Positions 8,498-18,995 of a stretch of 64,000 nucleotides of DNA are shown piece by piece. Position 1 is the stretch's first letter. Every line of letters begins with the position of its first letter. This stretch comes from an uncultured Candidatus Saccharibacteria bacterium (GTDB taxonomy: Bacteria; Patescibacteriota; Saccharimonadia; Saccharimonadales; 2-12-FULL-41-12). The stretch lies in NCBI GenBank assembly GCA_947085855.1, contig CAMTYB010000001.1, positions 149,788-213,787 of the forward strand, written 5' to 3'. A program made the translations under genes and the position numbers. A model generated the notes under the pieces. That model worked only from the letters and a program-made list of their open reading frames with translations. It was not told where the DNA came from and made no database searches.

Positions 8498-9706
8498 ATG
8501 CTAAAAACCGCTCACCATCATATACAAAAAGCCAGTCAAAAAATTGGTCTCGATGACGCTTCGCTTAAAAAACTCCTTACGCCAGACCAGTCACATGTCT
8601 TCACAATAACTCTCAAGAGCGGTAAACAGTTTCCAGCCTATCGTATTCAGCACAATAATCGACGCGGACCATACAAGGGCGGCACGCGCTTCCATCATGA
8701 AGTCAATCTAGAAGAGGTACAAGCCCTCGCCACACTGATGAGCTTCAAAACTGCTGCCGTTGGTTTGCCGCTTGGTGGTGGCAAGGGTGGCGTAACGGTC
8801 AATCCAAAACACTTGAGCGAAGCCGAGATAGAAGAGTTGAGTCGAGAATACGTCCGCCACCTACATCCACACATTGGACCAGACAAAGATATTCCAGCCC
8901 CGGACGTTAATACGAACGCTGGCATTATCGATTGGATGGTAGACGAGTATGCCGATCTGACGGGCGACCAATCGCGCGCCAGCTTTACAGGCAAAAGTGT
9001 TGGCAAGGGCGGTAGCCTTGGCCGCGAAGCCGCTACTGGACGAGGTGGAGTTATAGCTCTAGCCGAATTACTAAAGTTGCGTGGTGAGGCCGACGAACCA
9101 TTGACCATCGCAGTGCAGGGCTTTGGCAATGTTGGTTCTTTCTTTGCCACCATTGCTGCCAAAGAACATCCAGAATGGCGCTTAGTCGCTGCTGCCGATT
9201 CACGCAGCGGCATCTACAGCAAAGACGGCCTTGATGCCAATGACTTAGCTGCAACCAAGACGGAAGGTCGTCCGTTCAGCGAGTACCAGGCCGAAAATGT
9301 ATCACACATCAGTCACGACGATATCTTGGCAGCCGACGTCGACATCCTTGTGTTGGCGGCTCTCGGCGATACGGTCACCGAAGACAATATGCACACTATC
9401 AAAGCGCGCTACATTGTCGAACTTGCCAATGGCCCGATCGATGCCGTGGCCCATGACTTCCTTATCGAAACTGGGGCAACCATCTTACCGGATATTATTG
9501 CCAACGCCGGTGGCGTAATTGTCAGCTACTTTGAATGGCAACAGAACATGAACCATGAAACCTGGACCGAAGCTGATATTAACCACAAATTAAAGACCAC
9601 TATGTCTCAAGCCGTTCAAACTATCGACAAAGTTGCTAAAGCCCGCAACCTGACCAGTCTGACGCAAGCAGCTTACCATGTAGCGATCGAGCGATTGTCC
9701 TACTAA
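8498..9706 (+). CDS. gdh: Glutamate dehydrogenase (Glu/Leu/Phe/Val dehydrogenase family)
   Basis: Catalytic region GPYKGGTRFH...LPLGGGKGG and a Rossmann motif VQGFGNVGS. Confidence 0.95.
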   Translation: MLKTAHHHIQKASQKIGLDDASLKKLLTPDQSHVFTITLKSGKQFPAYRIQHNNRRGPYKGGTRFHHEVNLEEVQALATLMSFKTAAVGLPLGGGKGGVTVNPKHLSEAEIEELSREYVRHLHPHIGPDKDIPAPDVNTNAGIIDWMVDEYADLTGDQSRASFTGKSVGKGGSLGREAATGRGGVIALAELLKLRGEADEPLTIAVQGFGNVGSFFATIAAKEHPEWRLVAAADSRSGIYSKDGLDANDLAATKTEGRPFSEYQAENVSHISHDDILAADVDILVLAALGDTVTEDNMHTIKARYIVELANGPIDAVAHDFLIETGATILPDIIANAGGVIVSYFEWQQNMNHETWTEADINHKLKTTMSQAVQTIDKVAKARNLTSLTQAAYHVAIERLSY

Positions 9707-10500
9707 ATAGGCTCGTCTTTTATCTCTGCTTCACGATCAATAATACTAATATATTCTTTACCAGCGATGATCAGATGATCAAGCAGGTCAATACCCAGTA
9801 TGCGACTGGCTATCTGCAAGCGTTCGGTGGCATCAATATCGGCATATGTCGGTTCGAGTTTGCCTGACGGGTGATTATGCGCGATGATGACTGCGACCGC
9901 TCCATATTCAATTGCAGGCTGAAAAACCTCGCGTGGATGCACGATATTGGACGTTACACTGCCAATCGAAATAACTTCCTCGTGTACTACTTGATATCGA
10001 CTGTTAAGGTATAGTCCCCTTAGTTGCTCTTTTTTCATGTTGCCCATGTCTACCAAATAATCAAATGCTTGTTGGGCTGTATTCACAAAGACTGCTTTGC
10101 CCGAACGTCGCTCAAAATAACGGCGACCAAGTTCAAAACTAGCCACAATTTGGCACGCCTTAGGCAGAGGAATCTGGAGAGCTTCAGACAAGCGACGAGG
10201 ATTAGTTTCATTTACAAGTGTTCGCTCGCCATATTCTTTTAAAATTCGGGTTGCCATCGTTAATACTTCTTCTTTTTTGGTACCAACACCAAGCAAAATA
10301 GCGACGAGTTCAGATATTGCGAGCGATTCGGGACCGGCTGCCAATAATTTTTCGCGCGGTTTTTGATCTTCCTCGAGGTCTTTAACCCGTAATACGTACT
10401 GCTGAGTAGACTCTGGTCCTTCGCCCATGATTGATTCATTCTCTGAAAACCGATAGCGACTTACGGTTACCGAGCGAGGGGCTGTAGTGCTTGTTGTCAT
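9703..10500 (-). CDS. radC: RadC-like JAB-domain protein
   Basis: JAMM motif HNHPSG, an HhH-like N-terminal part (ELVAILLGVGTK) and RadC-typical length. Confidence 0.9.
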   Translation of the reverse strand: MTTSTTAPRSVTVSRYRFSENESIMGEGPESTQQYVLRVKDLEEDQKPREKLLAAGPESLAISELVAILLGVGTKKEEVLTMATRILKEYGERTLVNETNPRRLSEALQIPLPKACQIVASFELGRRYFERRSGKAVFVNTAQQAFDYLVDMGNMKKEQLRGLYLNSRYQVVHEEVISIGSVTSNIVHPREVFQPAIEYGAVAVIIAHNHPSGKLEPTYADIDATERLQIASRILGIDLLDHLIIAGKEYISIIDREAEIKDEPI

Positions 10501-10648
10501 GCTGGAAACTCCTTGGTGCGTACTGCTTATTACGTGGACTGTACTATTTCTAAATCCTAGATAACAGTATACGCAATAAATGTTAAATTTTTCTTAACTA
10601 TTGTGAGTCCCATTTGGCGCTTCGGCAGTATTAGAGGATAATTTAGAT

Positions 10649-13132
10649 ATGGCTCAGAATTTTCTGGCCGGTGGCGGCAAAATGGGGGAACTCATAGCCA
10701 GCCACAATTGGTCGACACATCAGCTCGGACCCATTGAGCGATGGCCACTTAGTCTAACCTCGTCATTGGGCATGTGCTTGCACTCCCAATTTCCCATGAC
10801 TATTTACTGGGGCAAAGAATTGATGGTGCTCTACAACGATGCCTGGAGCCCAATCTTAGGCGACCGACACCCCTGGGCACTCGGCAAGCCAGCGGGCGTT
10901 GTCTGGAACGATATCTGGGACATCATAGAACCCACCCTAACCAGTGTTCTCGAGCATGGCGAAGGTAGCCTATCTCTCAATAGCTTGTTGCCAATTCGCC
11001 GCCATGGCTTTACAGAAGAAGCCTATTTCGACTACACGTTTAATCCGATCTTTAGTTCCGAAGGAGAAATTCTTGGCATTCTAAACGTTGCCAACGAAAC
11101 GACTCGGCGCATCTTGTCCGAGCGCCGCACCCGCACGCTTCGCAAACTATCACAGCACTCTGTTATTGCCGAATCAGCTGAGGCAGCCTGTATTTTGGTT
11201 GCTAATACACTCAGTGAAGCACCAGCCGATATACCATACGCTCTTATTTATTTACAAAATCAAGACGAAAAGACGCTTCGCCTCGTTGCCACCACGTCAC
11301 TCGATAGCGACTCGAGTATCGCCCAGCGGGTCGTGCGCTCCGATGAAGACGCAGGAATTTTGCCATTTGCTGCCACAATCCAAAGCCGCAAACCCCAAGT
11401 ACTCTATGGCCTAGAAAAGGACTTCACCGACTTGCCGGGTGGTCCGTGGGAAGAATCGGCCCGCGACGCGGTTGTGTTGCCACTCGTGCATACGCGTACA
11501 AATGAGACCTTCGGCGTAATTTTACTAGGTGTTAGTCCGCGACTTGTTTACGACAATGATTACAATGAATACTGTAAACAAATTGCCGAATTAACAGCTA
11601 TCTCAATCAGTAGTGCTTTGAATGTCCGACGTAAGCTCAACCTAGAGGCGCGTGAACACGAAGCCCAGGAACAGCTGCAAACTGCTTTAGCAAGTGGCTC
11701 GATTGGCGTTTGGTCATGGGATATCCAGAGTAATCTTGTTATATCCGATCGTCATCTGGCCCGCATCTTTGGTATCCGGCCGCTGAAAGCTCAGTCGGGG
11801 TTGCCAATGGAGGAGTTCACCAATGCAATTCATCCAGATGACCGTCTTCGTGTCATCAAAGGCATGAAAGCCAGCATCAAAAAGGTTGACGCCTACGAAG
11901 ATGAGTATCGGATCGTCACCAGCGATGGAACTACCCGCTGGGTACTCGCTCGGGGCAAGGTAGCAGTAGATAAAAATAATAAACCAGCTCGCTTTCCGCT
12001 GGTCATTGTAGACATTACTGAGCGAAAAACAGTTGAGGCCGACCTTGTCAGAAGCGAACGCAAGTTCAACGCTTTGTTTGGTTCAAGTATCTTGGGAGTT
12101 GTTGTCGCAAATATAGATGGTTCTGTTGGCGAAGCCAATCAAACCTTTCTGGATATGTTTGGCTATACCAAACGAGACCTCAAGAAAGGCTTAAATTTAC
12201 ACACCTTGTTACCGTCAAATAACAATCGGAGCAACGGTCACCACTTCAAAGATATTGCCTTTAAGGGACAGAGTGAGCCGACCGAACAAGAGTATTCTCG
12301 CAAAGACGGCGTCACCATACCAACCCTTACCGGAGCAGTTATGATCCCAGATTCACCAGGTCGCTTTATTTGCTTTATGCTCGATATTTCACGACAGAAA
12401 GAATTGCTGGCATTAAACAAGGCCAAGGATGAATTCATTTCAATTGCCTCACATCAATTAAGGACTCCGGCTACTGGCGTCAAGCAATACCTCGGCATGC
12501 TACTTGAGGGCTACGCCGGTACAGTCTCGCAATATCAACGAAATATTATCCAGACAGCCTACGATAGTAACGAGCGACAACTAACTGTCGTTAACGACCT
12601 TTTGCGAGTAGCTCAAGCTGATGCTGGCGAGATTAAGCTTCATATTGAAACGGTCGAGATTACCTCGTTGATGCGTGATGTAATAGCCGAACAAGCTCAG
12701 AAGTTTATCGCCAAAAAACAGGAGATCAAATTCCACGCGCCAAAGAAAGCCGTCCTTGGAGACGTTGACCCAATCCTAGTTCGAATGGTCCTTGAAAATC
12801 TAATCGACAACGCCCACAAATATACAGCCAACGGCAAAGCTGTAACGGTTCGCGTTACACAAAGCACCACAACCATCAGAATCCATATCAAAGACCAGGG
12901 TATCGGTATTCGCAAAAAAGATATGTCAAAATTATTCAAAAAATTCTCACGTATAGAAAACCCGATGACACTTAATACCAGTGGCACTGGACTTGGTTTG
13001 TATTGGGTTCACAAAATTGTAGAAGTTCACAAAGGAGAGATAGCGGTTGAGTCACAATATCGGCACGGCACTGAATTTATTTTAAGCTTTCCGGTCAAAG
13101 GCAAGAACAAAGTTAGGCGGAGGAAAACCTAA
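10649..13132 (+). CDS. Multi-domain cytoplasmic sensor histidine kinase (PAS/GAF-like modules plus HisKA plus HATPase)
   Basis: 827 aa with PAS-like repeats (WSWDIQSN...; FNALFGSSILGVVVAN...). H-box SIASHQLRTPATGVKQYLGML; N/G boxes NLIDNAHKYT, DQGIGI, GTGLGL. Confidence 0.9.
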   Translation: MAQNFLAGGGKMGELIASHNWSTHQLGPIERWPLSLTSSLGMCLHSQFPMTIYWGKELMVLYNDAWSPILGDRHPWALGKPAGVVWNDIWDIIEPTLTSVLEHGEGSLSLNSLLPIRRHGFTEEAYFDYTFNPIFSSEGEILGILNVANETTRRILSERRTRTLRKLSQHSVIAESAEAACILVANTLSEAPADIPYALIYLQNQDEKTLRLVATTSLDSDSSIAQRVVRSDEDAGILPFAATIQSRKPQVLYGLEKDFTDLPGGPWEESARDAVVLPLVHTRTNETFGVILLGVSPRLVYDNDYNEYCKQIAELTAISISSALNVRRKLNLEAREHEAQEQLQTALASGSIGVWSWDIQSNLVISDRHLARIFGIRPLKAQSGLPMEEFTNAIHPDDRLRVIKGMKASIKKVDAYEDEYRIVTSDGTTRWVLARGKVAVDKNNKPARFPLVIVDITERKTVEADLVRSERKFNALFGSSILGVVVANIDGSVGEANQTFLDMFGYTKRDLKKGLNLHTLLPSNNNRSNGHHFKDIAFKGQSEPTEQEYSRKDGVTIPTLTGAVMIPDSPGRFICFMLDISRQKELLALNKAKDEFISIASHQLRTPATGVKQYLGMLLEGYAGTVSQYQRNIIQTAYDSNERQLTVVNDLLRVAQADAGEIKLHIETVEITSLMRDVIAEQAQKFIAKKQEIKFHAPKKAVLGDVDPILVRMVLENLIDNAHKYTANGKAVTVRVTQSTTTIRIHIKDQGIGIRKKDMSKLFKKFSRIENPMTLNTSGTGLGLYWVHKIVEVHKGEIAVESQYRHGTEFILSFPVKGKNKVRRRKT

Positions 13133-13500
13133 TGTATACAGTTTTAATAGTTGAGGATGAAGAAATTTTGCGCAACGCCTACCAGCACGTCTTTAGACTT
13201 GAAAAATTTAAAGTTGCCGTAGCGAGTAATGGCCAGGAGGCTCTGGACCAACTCAAAAAAATTACGCCAGACATTATTGTTCTCGATATCTTGATGCCAG
13301 TTATGAGCGGCATCACGTTCCTAGAGCAGGCTAACTTGCAAAAGAAATTCCCTAAGACCAAGGTTCTAGTTCTTAGCAATCTGTCCGATAAACCGACCGT
13401 CGAACGTGTTCTGTCGCTGGGCGCAACCCGTCACGTTATTAAGTCGAGCTTTTCACCTGGCCAGCTCGTTGCCCAGGTACGACGGCTGCTAGAAGCCTAG
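13132..13500 (+). CDS. Single-domain (receiver-only) response regulator
   Basis: 122 aa: VLIVEDEE...DIIVLDILMP...K. No output domain. Its start overlaps the stop of the upstream kinase. Confidence 0.9.
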   Translation: MYTVLIVEDEEILRNAYQHVFRLEKFKVAVASNGQEALDQLKKITPDIIVLDILMPVMSGITFLEQANLQKKFPKTKVLVLSNLSDKPTVERVLSLGATRHVIKSSFSPGQLVAQVRRLLEA

Positions 13501-13606
13501 GCAGATCAACACGTGTTAGATATGGCAAAATTTGTTACAATAACATAAGCAGATTAGCAAAAAACTTCTCAGGCTTAGCTCAGCCAATAAAGATAAAAAC
13601 AATACT

Positions 13607-14512
13607 ATGCCCAACTACTATTACTACAGCAATCGCACTCCGGAGCCACCCAAGCGACCGAAGAAATGGAAAACGCCGCGCCTAAGAATTCCAAAGCTTG
13701 CTGTCTTCGCAGGTTGTCTCGTTGGCCTAGCTATTCTCAGTCAAACCGTTTTTGCATCCAATACGCCAACCAGCCAAACCCACCAAGCCGAAAAGCAGGG
13801 GGCAGAAACACCAAAAATAACAGTCGATACGAGCAAGCTACAAGCTGAGCTTGACGCTATAATCCAACAATACCCATACGACACCGGTATATCAGTGATC
13901 GAGCTTAACTCCGGCAAACGCATTCAAAGTGGCGATAATCACGCATTCTTGGCTGCGAGCACCACCAAAATCTTAACGGCATTGGTTTTCTTGCAGGGGG
14001 CAGAGAAGAATAAATATCAACTGAATCAAACCGTTGGCGACAAAGCTGCCCAGGAGCAACTTCGCTTGATGATTAACCAAAGCGACAATCAAGCCTGGAG
14101 AATACTTAACGACACCGTTGGTCGAGACAATCTGCAAGCATTTGCTCAAAAGAACGGCCTACCGAGCTATAACGTCACCGACAATACCATTACTCCCGAG
14201 GATATGGCTCGCTTGCTGGCTAAATTCTACAAACGTGAGCTCCTGTCCGAAGATAATACCAAGCTACTACTAAGCTGGATGCAAAACACCGATGAAGAAC
14301 GTTTTATACCATCGAGCGTAACAAGCAGCGAGAAATTGTATCACAAGGCCGGCTATCTGCCAGAACGAGCTCATGACGTCGCAATTATTGATAATGGTAC
14401 TACACCATTTGTTATCGTTATTTATTCCAAGACATACTCGGGTGATTATGATTTTGTACGTGGCCAAAAAATGTTCCGCCAGGCAACTAGTGCTGCTTTG
14501 ACAACATTCTAG
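13607..14512 (+). CDS. Class A beta-lactamase-like serine hydrolase (membrane-anchored)
   Basis: SxxK (ASTTK), SDN (NQSDNQ) and a K[ST]G-like motif (HKAG). N-terminal anchor. Confidence 0.8.
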   Translation: MPNYYYYSNRTPEPPKRPKKWKTPRLRIPKLAVFAGCLVGLAILSQTVFASNTPTSQTHQAEKQGAETPKITVDTSKLQAELDAIIQQYPYDTGISVIELNSGKRIQSGDNHAFLAASTTKILTALVFLQGAEKNKYQLNQTVGDKAAQEQLRLMINQSDNQAWRILNDTVGRDNLQAFAQKNGLPSYNVTDNTITPEDMARLLAKFYKRELLSEDNTKLLLSWMQNTDEERFIPSSVTSSEKLYHKAGYLPERAHDVAIIDNGTTPFVIVIYSKTYSGDYDFVRGQKMFRQATSAALTTF

Positions 14513-14543
14513 CCACCGCTGTACAATTACTAGCATAAATACT

Positions 14544-15584
14544 ATGTACCACTTATTCGACAGACACGATTATTTTGCCCGTCTCATCAAGGCCTGTCAG
14601 CAAGCAAATTCCAAAGACAAAATTACGCTCGCTACCATGGAATTCCGACCAGACCAACCCGTGATTGGTGACATTGTTGACGCCATGTGCCAAGCAGCCC
14701 AGCAAGGAGCCGACGTAACCTTCATGGTAGACGCATACTCGTTGATGCTAAAAGACATGCTAGTACCAGGACCGCTGTTCTTCCTCAAGCGTGACCCAAA
14801 AGCAGGCTATGGTACGTTTAAACCAGTAGTGTCGGCCATCCATAAACTGCGCGAAGCTGGCGTTAACTGCTATGTCATCAATAAACCATCTCGTCCGTTT
14901 AAAAATCCGTTCGGTGGTCGATCACACATTAAATATGCCTTAATTAACGACCAGGTGTTCATTGGTGGCTGTAACTTGAGTAATCCTGAGTACGTCGACG
15001 TTATGGTTCAAACGACCAACCAGCGACTTGCCGAGTATCTGAGAGACTTTACTGCCGATGTCATTGCTTGCAAGTCGGTTCGGCGAGCATTAGCCCGCAA
15101 AGACCGGAGCTTTAGCATCGACCCGCACACCGAACTGCTCATTGACGCTGGCGTAAAATACCAATCACTTATATACGAACGGGCATTTAGTCTGATTAAT
15201 AATGCAGCTCATCGAGTTTATATGACATGTCAGTACTTTCCGAACAACTACACACCACGTGCGCTTGCCAAAGCCTATCGGCGAGGCGTAGGTGTGCACC
15301 TCGCTTATAATCATCCGGGGCACCACCGGGCACCAATTCGAGCTATCCAAAAACGAACCGTGTACTTAAAGAAAAAATGGATGCCAGACAGTGTATTCGA
15401 AAATGAACTTCATCGAAACAAAGATTATTTACACGCCAAAATTCTACTGAGCGAAAAAGAAGCTATCGTCGGTAGCCACAACTTTGTAAAAATGGGCGTC
15501 AACCTCGGCACGGCCGAAATCGCACTCCATTCAACTGCTCCGGAATTTATCGCCTCGGCCCGTAAGTGGGTTCAAGCGCTTTAG
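14544..15584 (+). CDS. Phospholipase D-family protein (two HKD motifs)
   Basis: HxK(x)4D-type motifs SHIKYALINDQVFIGGCNLS and LHAKILLSEKEAIVGSHNF. Confidence 0.8.
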   Translation: MYHLFDRHDYFARLIKACQQANSKDKITLATMEFRPDQPVIGDIVDAMCQAAQQGADVTFMVDAYSLMLKDMLVPGPLFFLKRDPKAGYGTFKPVVSAIHKLREAGVNCYVINKPSRPFKNPFGGRSHIKYALINDQVFIGGCNLSNPEYVDVMVQTTNQRLAEYLRDFTADVIACKSVRRALARKDRSFSIDPHTELLIDAGVKYQSLIYERAFSLINNAAHRVYMTCQYFPNNYTPRALAKAYRRGVGVHLAYNHPGHHRAPIRAIQKRTVYLKKKWMPDSVFENELHRNKDYLHAKILLSEKEAIVGSHNFVKMGVNLGTAEIALHSTAPEFIASARKWVQAL

Positions 15585-15652
15585 CTTATCACAAAGCAAA
15601 GACACCTATTTGATTGATGCGTTATCTCGAAATCACGATGAAAGTGCGAGTG

Positions 15653-15772
15653 TCAGCTCTTGCTCTTGTTGGTGGATTCTACCTTTTGGGCCCACTGGCT
15701 GGCCAATTTATCGTACAACTCCATAAGTTTGTCGTCATTAGTTTTGGTACGTTTTTTATTGGCTCGTGTCAT
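15653..15772 (-). CDS. Untracked 39-codon ORF encoding a basic peptide (MTRANKKRTKTNDDKLMELYDKLASQWAQKVESTNKSKS)
   Basis: ATG at 15772 is preceded by the strong SD GAGGGGG (spacer ACGT). Lies in an otherwise empty 318-nt intergenic region. Translated by hand. Confidence 0.3.
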   Translation of the reverse strand: MTRANKKRTKTNDDKLMELYDKLASQWAQKVESTNKSKS

Positions 15773-15902
15773 ACGTCCCCCTCGTTTATGTGTTAAGCAC
15801 TTCACATTGTGCCGTTCTGCACCAGTTAGGGCTGTAAGAATTTACACAGACCGCTACTAGCTGCCGGGCAACTAACATGGTACGCTAATAAGAGTTAGGA
15901 CA

Positions 15903-16571
15903 ATGCTAATGCCGGACGAATTGCTCAGTATATGCCAGCAACAACCTGTCCAGAAACGGACAGCTGGCGAACCCATCCTCTACCAAGGTGAGATTCCGCG
16001 TCAGGCCTACGTTATCAGTAGCGGCATCATAAAAATTTATGATATTGGCGCAGCTGGAAACGAACGCATTGTCAATTTCTTATCAGTCGGTGACTTAATG
16101 CCACCTGCGTGGGTCTTCCAAAAAGCACCGGTCAGCCTATACTATTACGACGCCTTTACCGATTGCGAATTCTATCGCGTACCACGTGAAGAGCTACTAG
16201 AAACCATCCGTAGCAAACCCGCTATTACAAACTATATGTTTGAACACTATGCCAGCTTGTTCGTCGGCTCAATGCTTGAAATTAATGCTCTTGAACAGTC
16301 CAAGGGCGGCGAAAAGATAGTCCACATGCTGCAATATCTGTTATTACGATTTCCAGGCAAAAAAGAAAGTGCTTGGCACACTATTAACTTACGAATCACG
16401 CACCAAGATCTGGCCAACATGACTGGTCTAACCCGCGAGACTACGTCTACCGAATTGAATAAGCTAAGACGAGAAGACATCGTCCGCTATACCTCTCAGC
16501 ACTACGCATTAAACATACCAAAGCTACGTTCACTGCTCAGCTCTGAGGAATTCTTAAATCTAAAATATTAA
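15903..16571 (+). CDS. Crp/Fnr-family transcriptional regulator
   Basis: cNMP-binding-like N-terminal domain and a C-terminal HTH (THQDLANMTGLTRETTSTELNKLRRE). Confidence 0.85.
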   Translation: MLMPDELLSICQQQPVQKRTAGEPILYQGEIPRQAYVISSGIIKIYDIGAAGNERIVNFLSVGDLMPPAWVFQKAPVSLYYYDAFTDCEFYRVPREELLETIRSKPAITNYMFEHYASLFVGSMLEINALEQSKGGEKIVHMLQYLLLRFPGKKESAWHTINLRITHQDLANMTGLTRETTSTELNKLRREDIVRYTSQHYALNIPKLRSLLSSEEFLNLKY

Positions 16572-16572
16572 G

Positions 16573-16953
16573 TTATTCCATTAGGCTGCTTCGAACGATG
16601 CGAGCCAATTCCTTTGGCGAAGCATAGGCTTTGAGCACATAGTGCGTCGCTCCGAGATCAAATGAGCTATCGATATCTTTTTGGACATCATAGTTACTAA
16701 AGACAATAATTTTGTAATTTGGATGGGGCTTTTTCTGGAGCTCAGATAAGAAGGTGAGGCCATCCATCTTTGGCATCCGCAAATCAAGCAAAATCAGGTC
16801 CGGTGTTTCATTCTCTAGGATTGCCAGCGCTTCTTCACCATTGAAGGCGCACAAAGCCTCATAGCCTTCATGTTTCAGCACCGTTTCATAGGCTTCGTTT
16901 AAGAGGACTTCATCTTCTACAATCAGTACTTGGGCTTTTTTTGATTTTGTCAT
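16573..16953 (-). CDS. Single-domain (receiver-only) response regulator
   Basis: 126 aa: VLIVEDE...DLILLDLRMP...K. Lies downstream of the CHASE-type kinase. Confidence 0.9.
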   Translation of the reverse strand: MTKSKKAQVLIVEDEVLLNEAYETVLKHEGYEALCAFNGEEALAILENETPDLILLDLRMPKMDGLTFLSELQKKPHPNYKIIVFSNYDVQKDIDSSFDLGATHYVLKAYASPKELARIVRSSLME

Positions 16954-17011
16954 AGTAGCGTTCCTTTCTTCATTAGTTGCATGGTTGTGGTGAGGTAGGG
17001 CACTTTAATCG

Positions 17012-18886
17012 TCAGGCATTGGTTCTATCTCCGTCTGTAAGATTCTTGTCGATTTTCCGCATACCTGATTTCAGCGGCAAATGGATAGTAAACACAGAAC
17101 CTTTACCTAACTCGGAGCTAACTTCTATAGTACCACCATGTAGCTCAATCAGGACTTTGTCGATGTACAAACCAATACCCGACCCATCAACGTGCAAAGC
17201 CAAGTCATTATCAATGCGTGAGAATTTCTTGAAAAGTTTATCGAAATCAGCCCGGTCAATGCCAACGCCCTGATCTCTAACCTGCACCCAGGCTCTGCGA
17301 GCATCTGAGCCGGTCTTAACTGTTACAGTAGTATTTGCGTGGCTATATTTGCTGGCATTTGAGATAAGGTTTTCAACTACCATACGGATACAGGCTTCAT
17401 CAGCAAATAGTTTTATTTGCTTGCGTGATCGCTCGATTCGTAAATTCTGTTGCTTTGCTTCTAAGCTGTCCGTTACGTCATCGGCAATTTCGTCTACCAG
17501 TAAATTGAGATCAAAGTAGTGCGGGTGGATGCTCAGGCGTCCGGCATCAGCCTTGGCAACGTAGAGGATTTGATTAATCGTTTCGAGCTGTCGTTCATTA
17601 CTTACATACGCCTTCTGAAGGGAAGGTAACTGGCGTTTACTGACCTTACCAGTGTATCCCTCGAGCATCATGCCAAGATACTGCTTTACGGCTGTGGCTG
17701 GCGTACGCAGCTGGTGGGAGGCCAAGGAGAGTAAATCATCTTTAGCTTGCTGTGCCTCATCGCGCTTGGCATAAACAATCGCTCGAGCACGTGTCAACAT
17801 CACCAGGAACAACACCGTGGCAATCGCCAGACTCAGTAACGTACCGCCCGTTAATATAAGAATCGGGCGCTGGCTATCGACCTGAGTAATTGTGGGACCA
17901 CCAGCCAAACGAACCGTCCAAGAGCGGTCAAACACAGGGATGGTAAACGGCTGGGTCCGTGAGTTTTCGCTAAAGTCTTGAAAATTCGCCGATTCATACA
18001 AAATATTTTCCATATTTGTATTCGTGCCGTCGAAGACTTGAATCGCCTGATAGTCACGTGGTTTAGCAAAGTCCATAACTTCAGCAAAAAATTCAGAACT
18101 ACGATAGCCAGCAAAAACAAAACCTTCGATCGTTGCCTGTCTTTCCTGAACAGTTTGCGGTCGATTCTCGCCATAGTTAGCTACATACATAATGAAGCTT
18201 GATTGATTGGCGGTGCCTCGATCGCCAAGTAAGGTAATCTTTTCGGAAATATTGGTCTGGCCAGTATCACGCGCTTTTTCAATCATCTGCCTGCGAGTAG
18301 GATCAGTCATGACATCAAAGCCCAAATTCCGACTTGGTGTGATAGTACCGTCATTGCTTACAGCACTGCTAAAAGTCAGAGGGACATAAACCTCGCGATC
18401 GCCCGCCGGACTAATAGAGAAGGCGGGGGTAGATTTTCGCATTATTGCCAGGTAGCTCGGCAACTTATTATCTGTAACATAGGCCATGTAGCCTACGCCG
18501 CTGATACCCGTGTAACTACTTTGGTAGTCATACTGAGTCACGTATCGTAGCCAAGCTTCTTGATCAATGTTAGGTGAGGCGGCAAAAAAGCCGCGAAAGC
18601 CACGGAGCATTTGTTCGTAAGTTGTTAACCTTGAGGAAATATCGTTCTCAAACGAAGCCACCTGTTCTTTAAGAGCAGCGTCACGCTGCGTTATAATCCG
18701 TTGCTGATCGAGACGCCACGCAACTATGGAAATAATGAGGCCGAACAAGAACACCATACAAGCTGCAAAAACATAGCTCTTGATGCCCGGGATTTGCTTG
18801 AGATAGCGCGAAATAAATGCAGCGAGTCGAGACTTCATAGCGACTAAAATTATGGTGTCATCTGTATTAATGTGAATACACTGCAA
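17012..18886 (-). CDS. Sensor histidine kinase with a large extracytoplasmic (CHASE-like) domain
   Basis: Two TM segments flank a ~300-aa extracellular domain. H-box SLASHQLRTPATAVKQYLGMM is a close paralogue of the 10649 kinase. The track start is a TTG; the ATG at 18838 (MKSRLAAF) is an alternative start. Confidence 0.9.
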   Translation of the reverse strand: MQCIHINTDDTIILVAMKSRLAAFISRYLKQIPGIKSYVFAACMVFLFGLIISIVAWRLDQQRIITQRDAALKEQVASFENDISSRLTTYEQMLRGFRGFFAASPNIDQEAWLRYVTQYDYQSSYTGISGVGYMAYVTDNKLPSYLAIMRKSTPAFSISPAGDREVYVPLTFSSAVSNDGTITPSRNLGFDVMTDPTRRQMIEKARDTGQTNISEKITLLGDRGTANQSSFIMYVANYGENRPQTVQERQATIEGFVFAGYRSSEFFAEVMDFAKPRDYQAIQVFDGTNTNMENILYESANFQDFSENSRTQPFTIPVFDRSWTVRLAGGPTITQVDSQRPILILTGGTLLSLAIATVLFLVMLTRARAIVYAKRDEAQQAKDDLLSLASHQLRTPATAVKQYLGMMLEGYTGKVSKRQLPSLQKAYVSNERQLETINQILYVAKADAGRLSIHPHYFDLNLLVDEIADDVTDSLEAKQQNLRIERSRKQIKLFADEACIRMVVENLISNASKYSHANTTVTVKTGSDARRAWVQVRDQGVGIDRADFDKLFKKFSRIDNDLALHVDGSGIGLYIDKVLIELHGGTIEVSSELGKGSVFTIHLPLKSGMRKIDKNLTDGDRTNA

Positions 18887-18995
18887 GAGCGCAGATCAAG
18901 TTGGGTCAGGAAAGTCACCATCATATAGACAATATAGTAAGCCTGTGCGCAAGAATATCTTGTAAGATTTCTTACAGTGGTATGATAAGGTACTG

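Noticed and set aside
8695-9254. 172-aa and 67-aa antisense ORFs within gdh
   Set aside because: They are fully nested in a highly confident glutamate dehydrogenase gene, with no independent signals.
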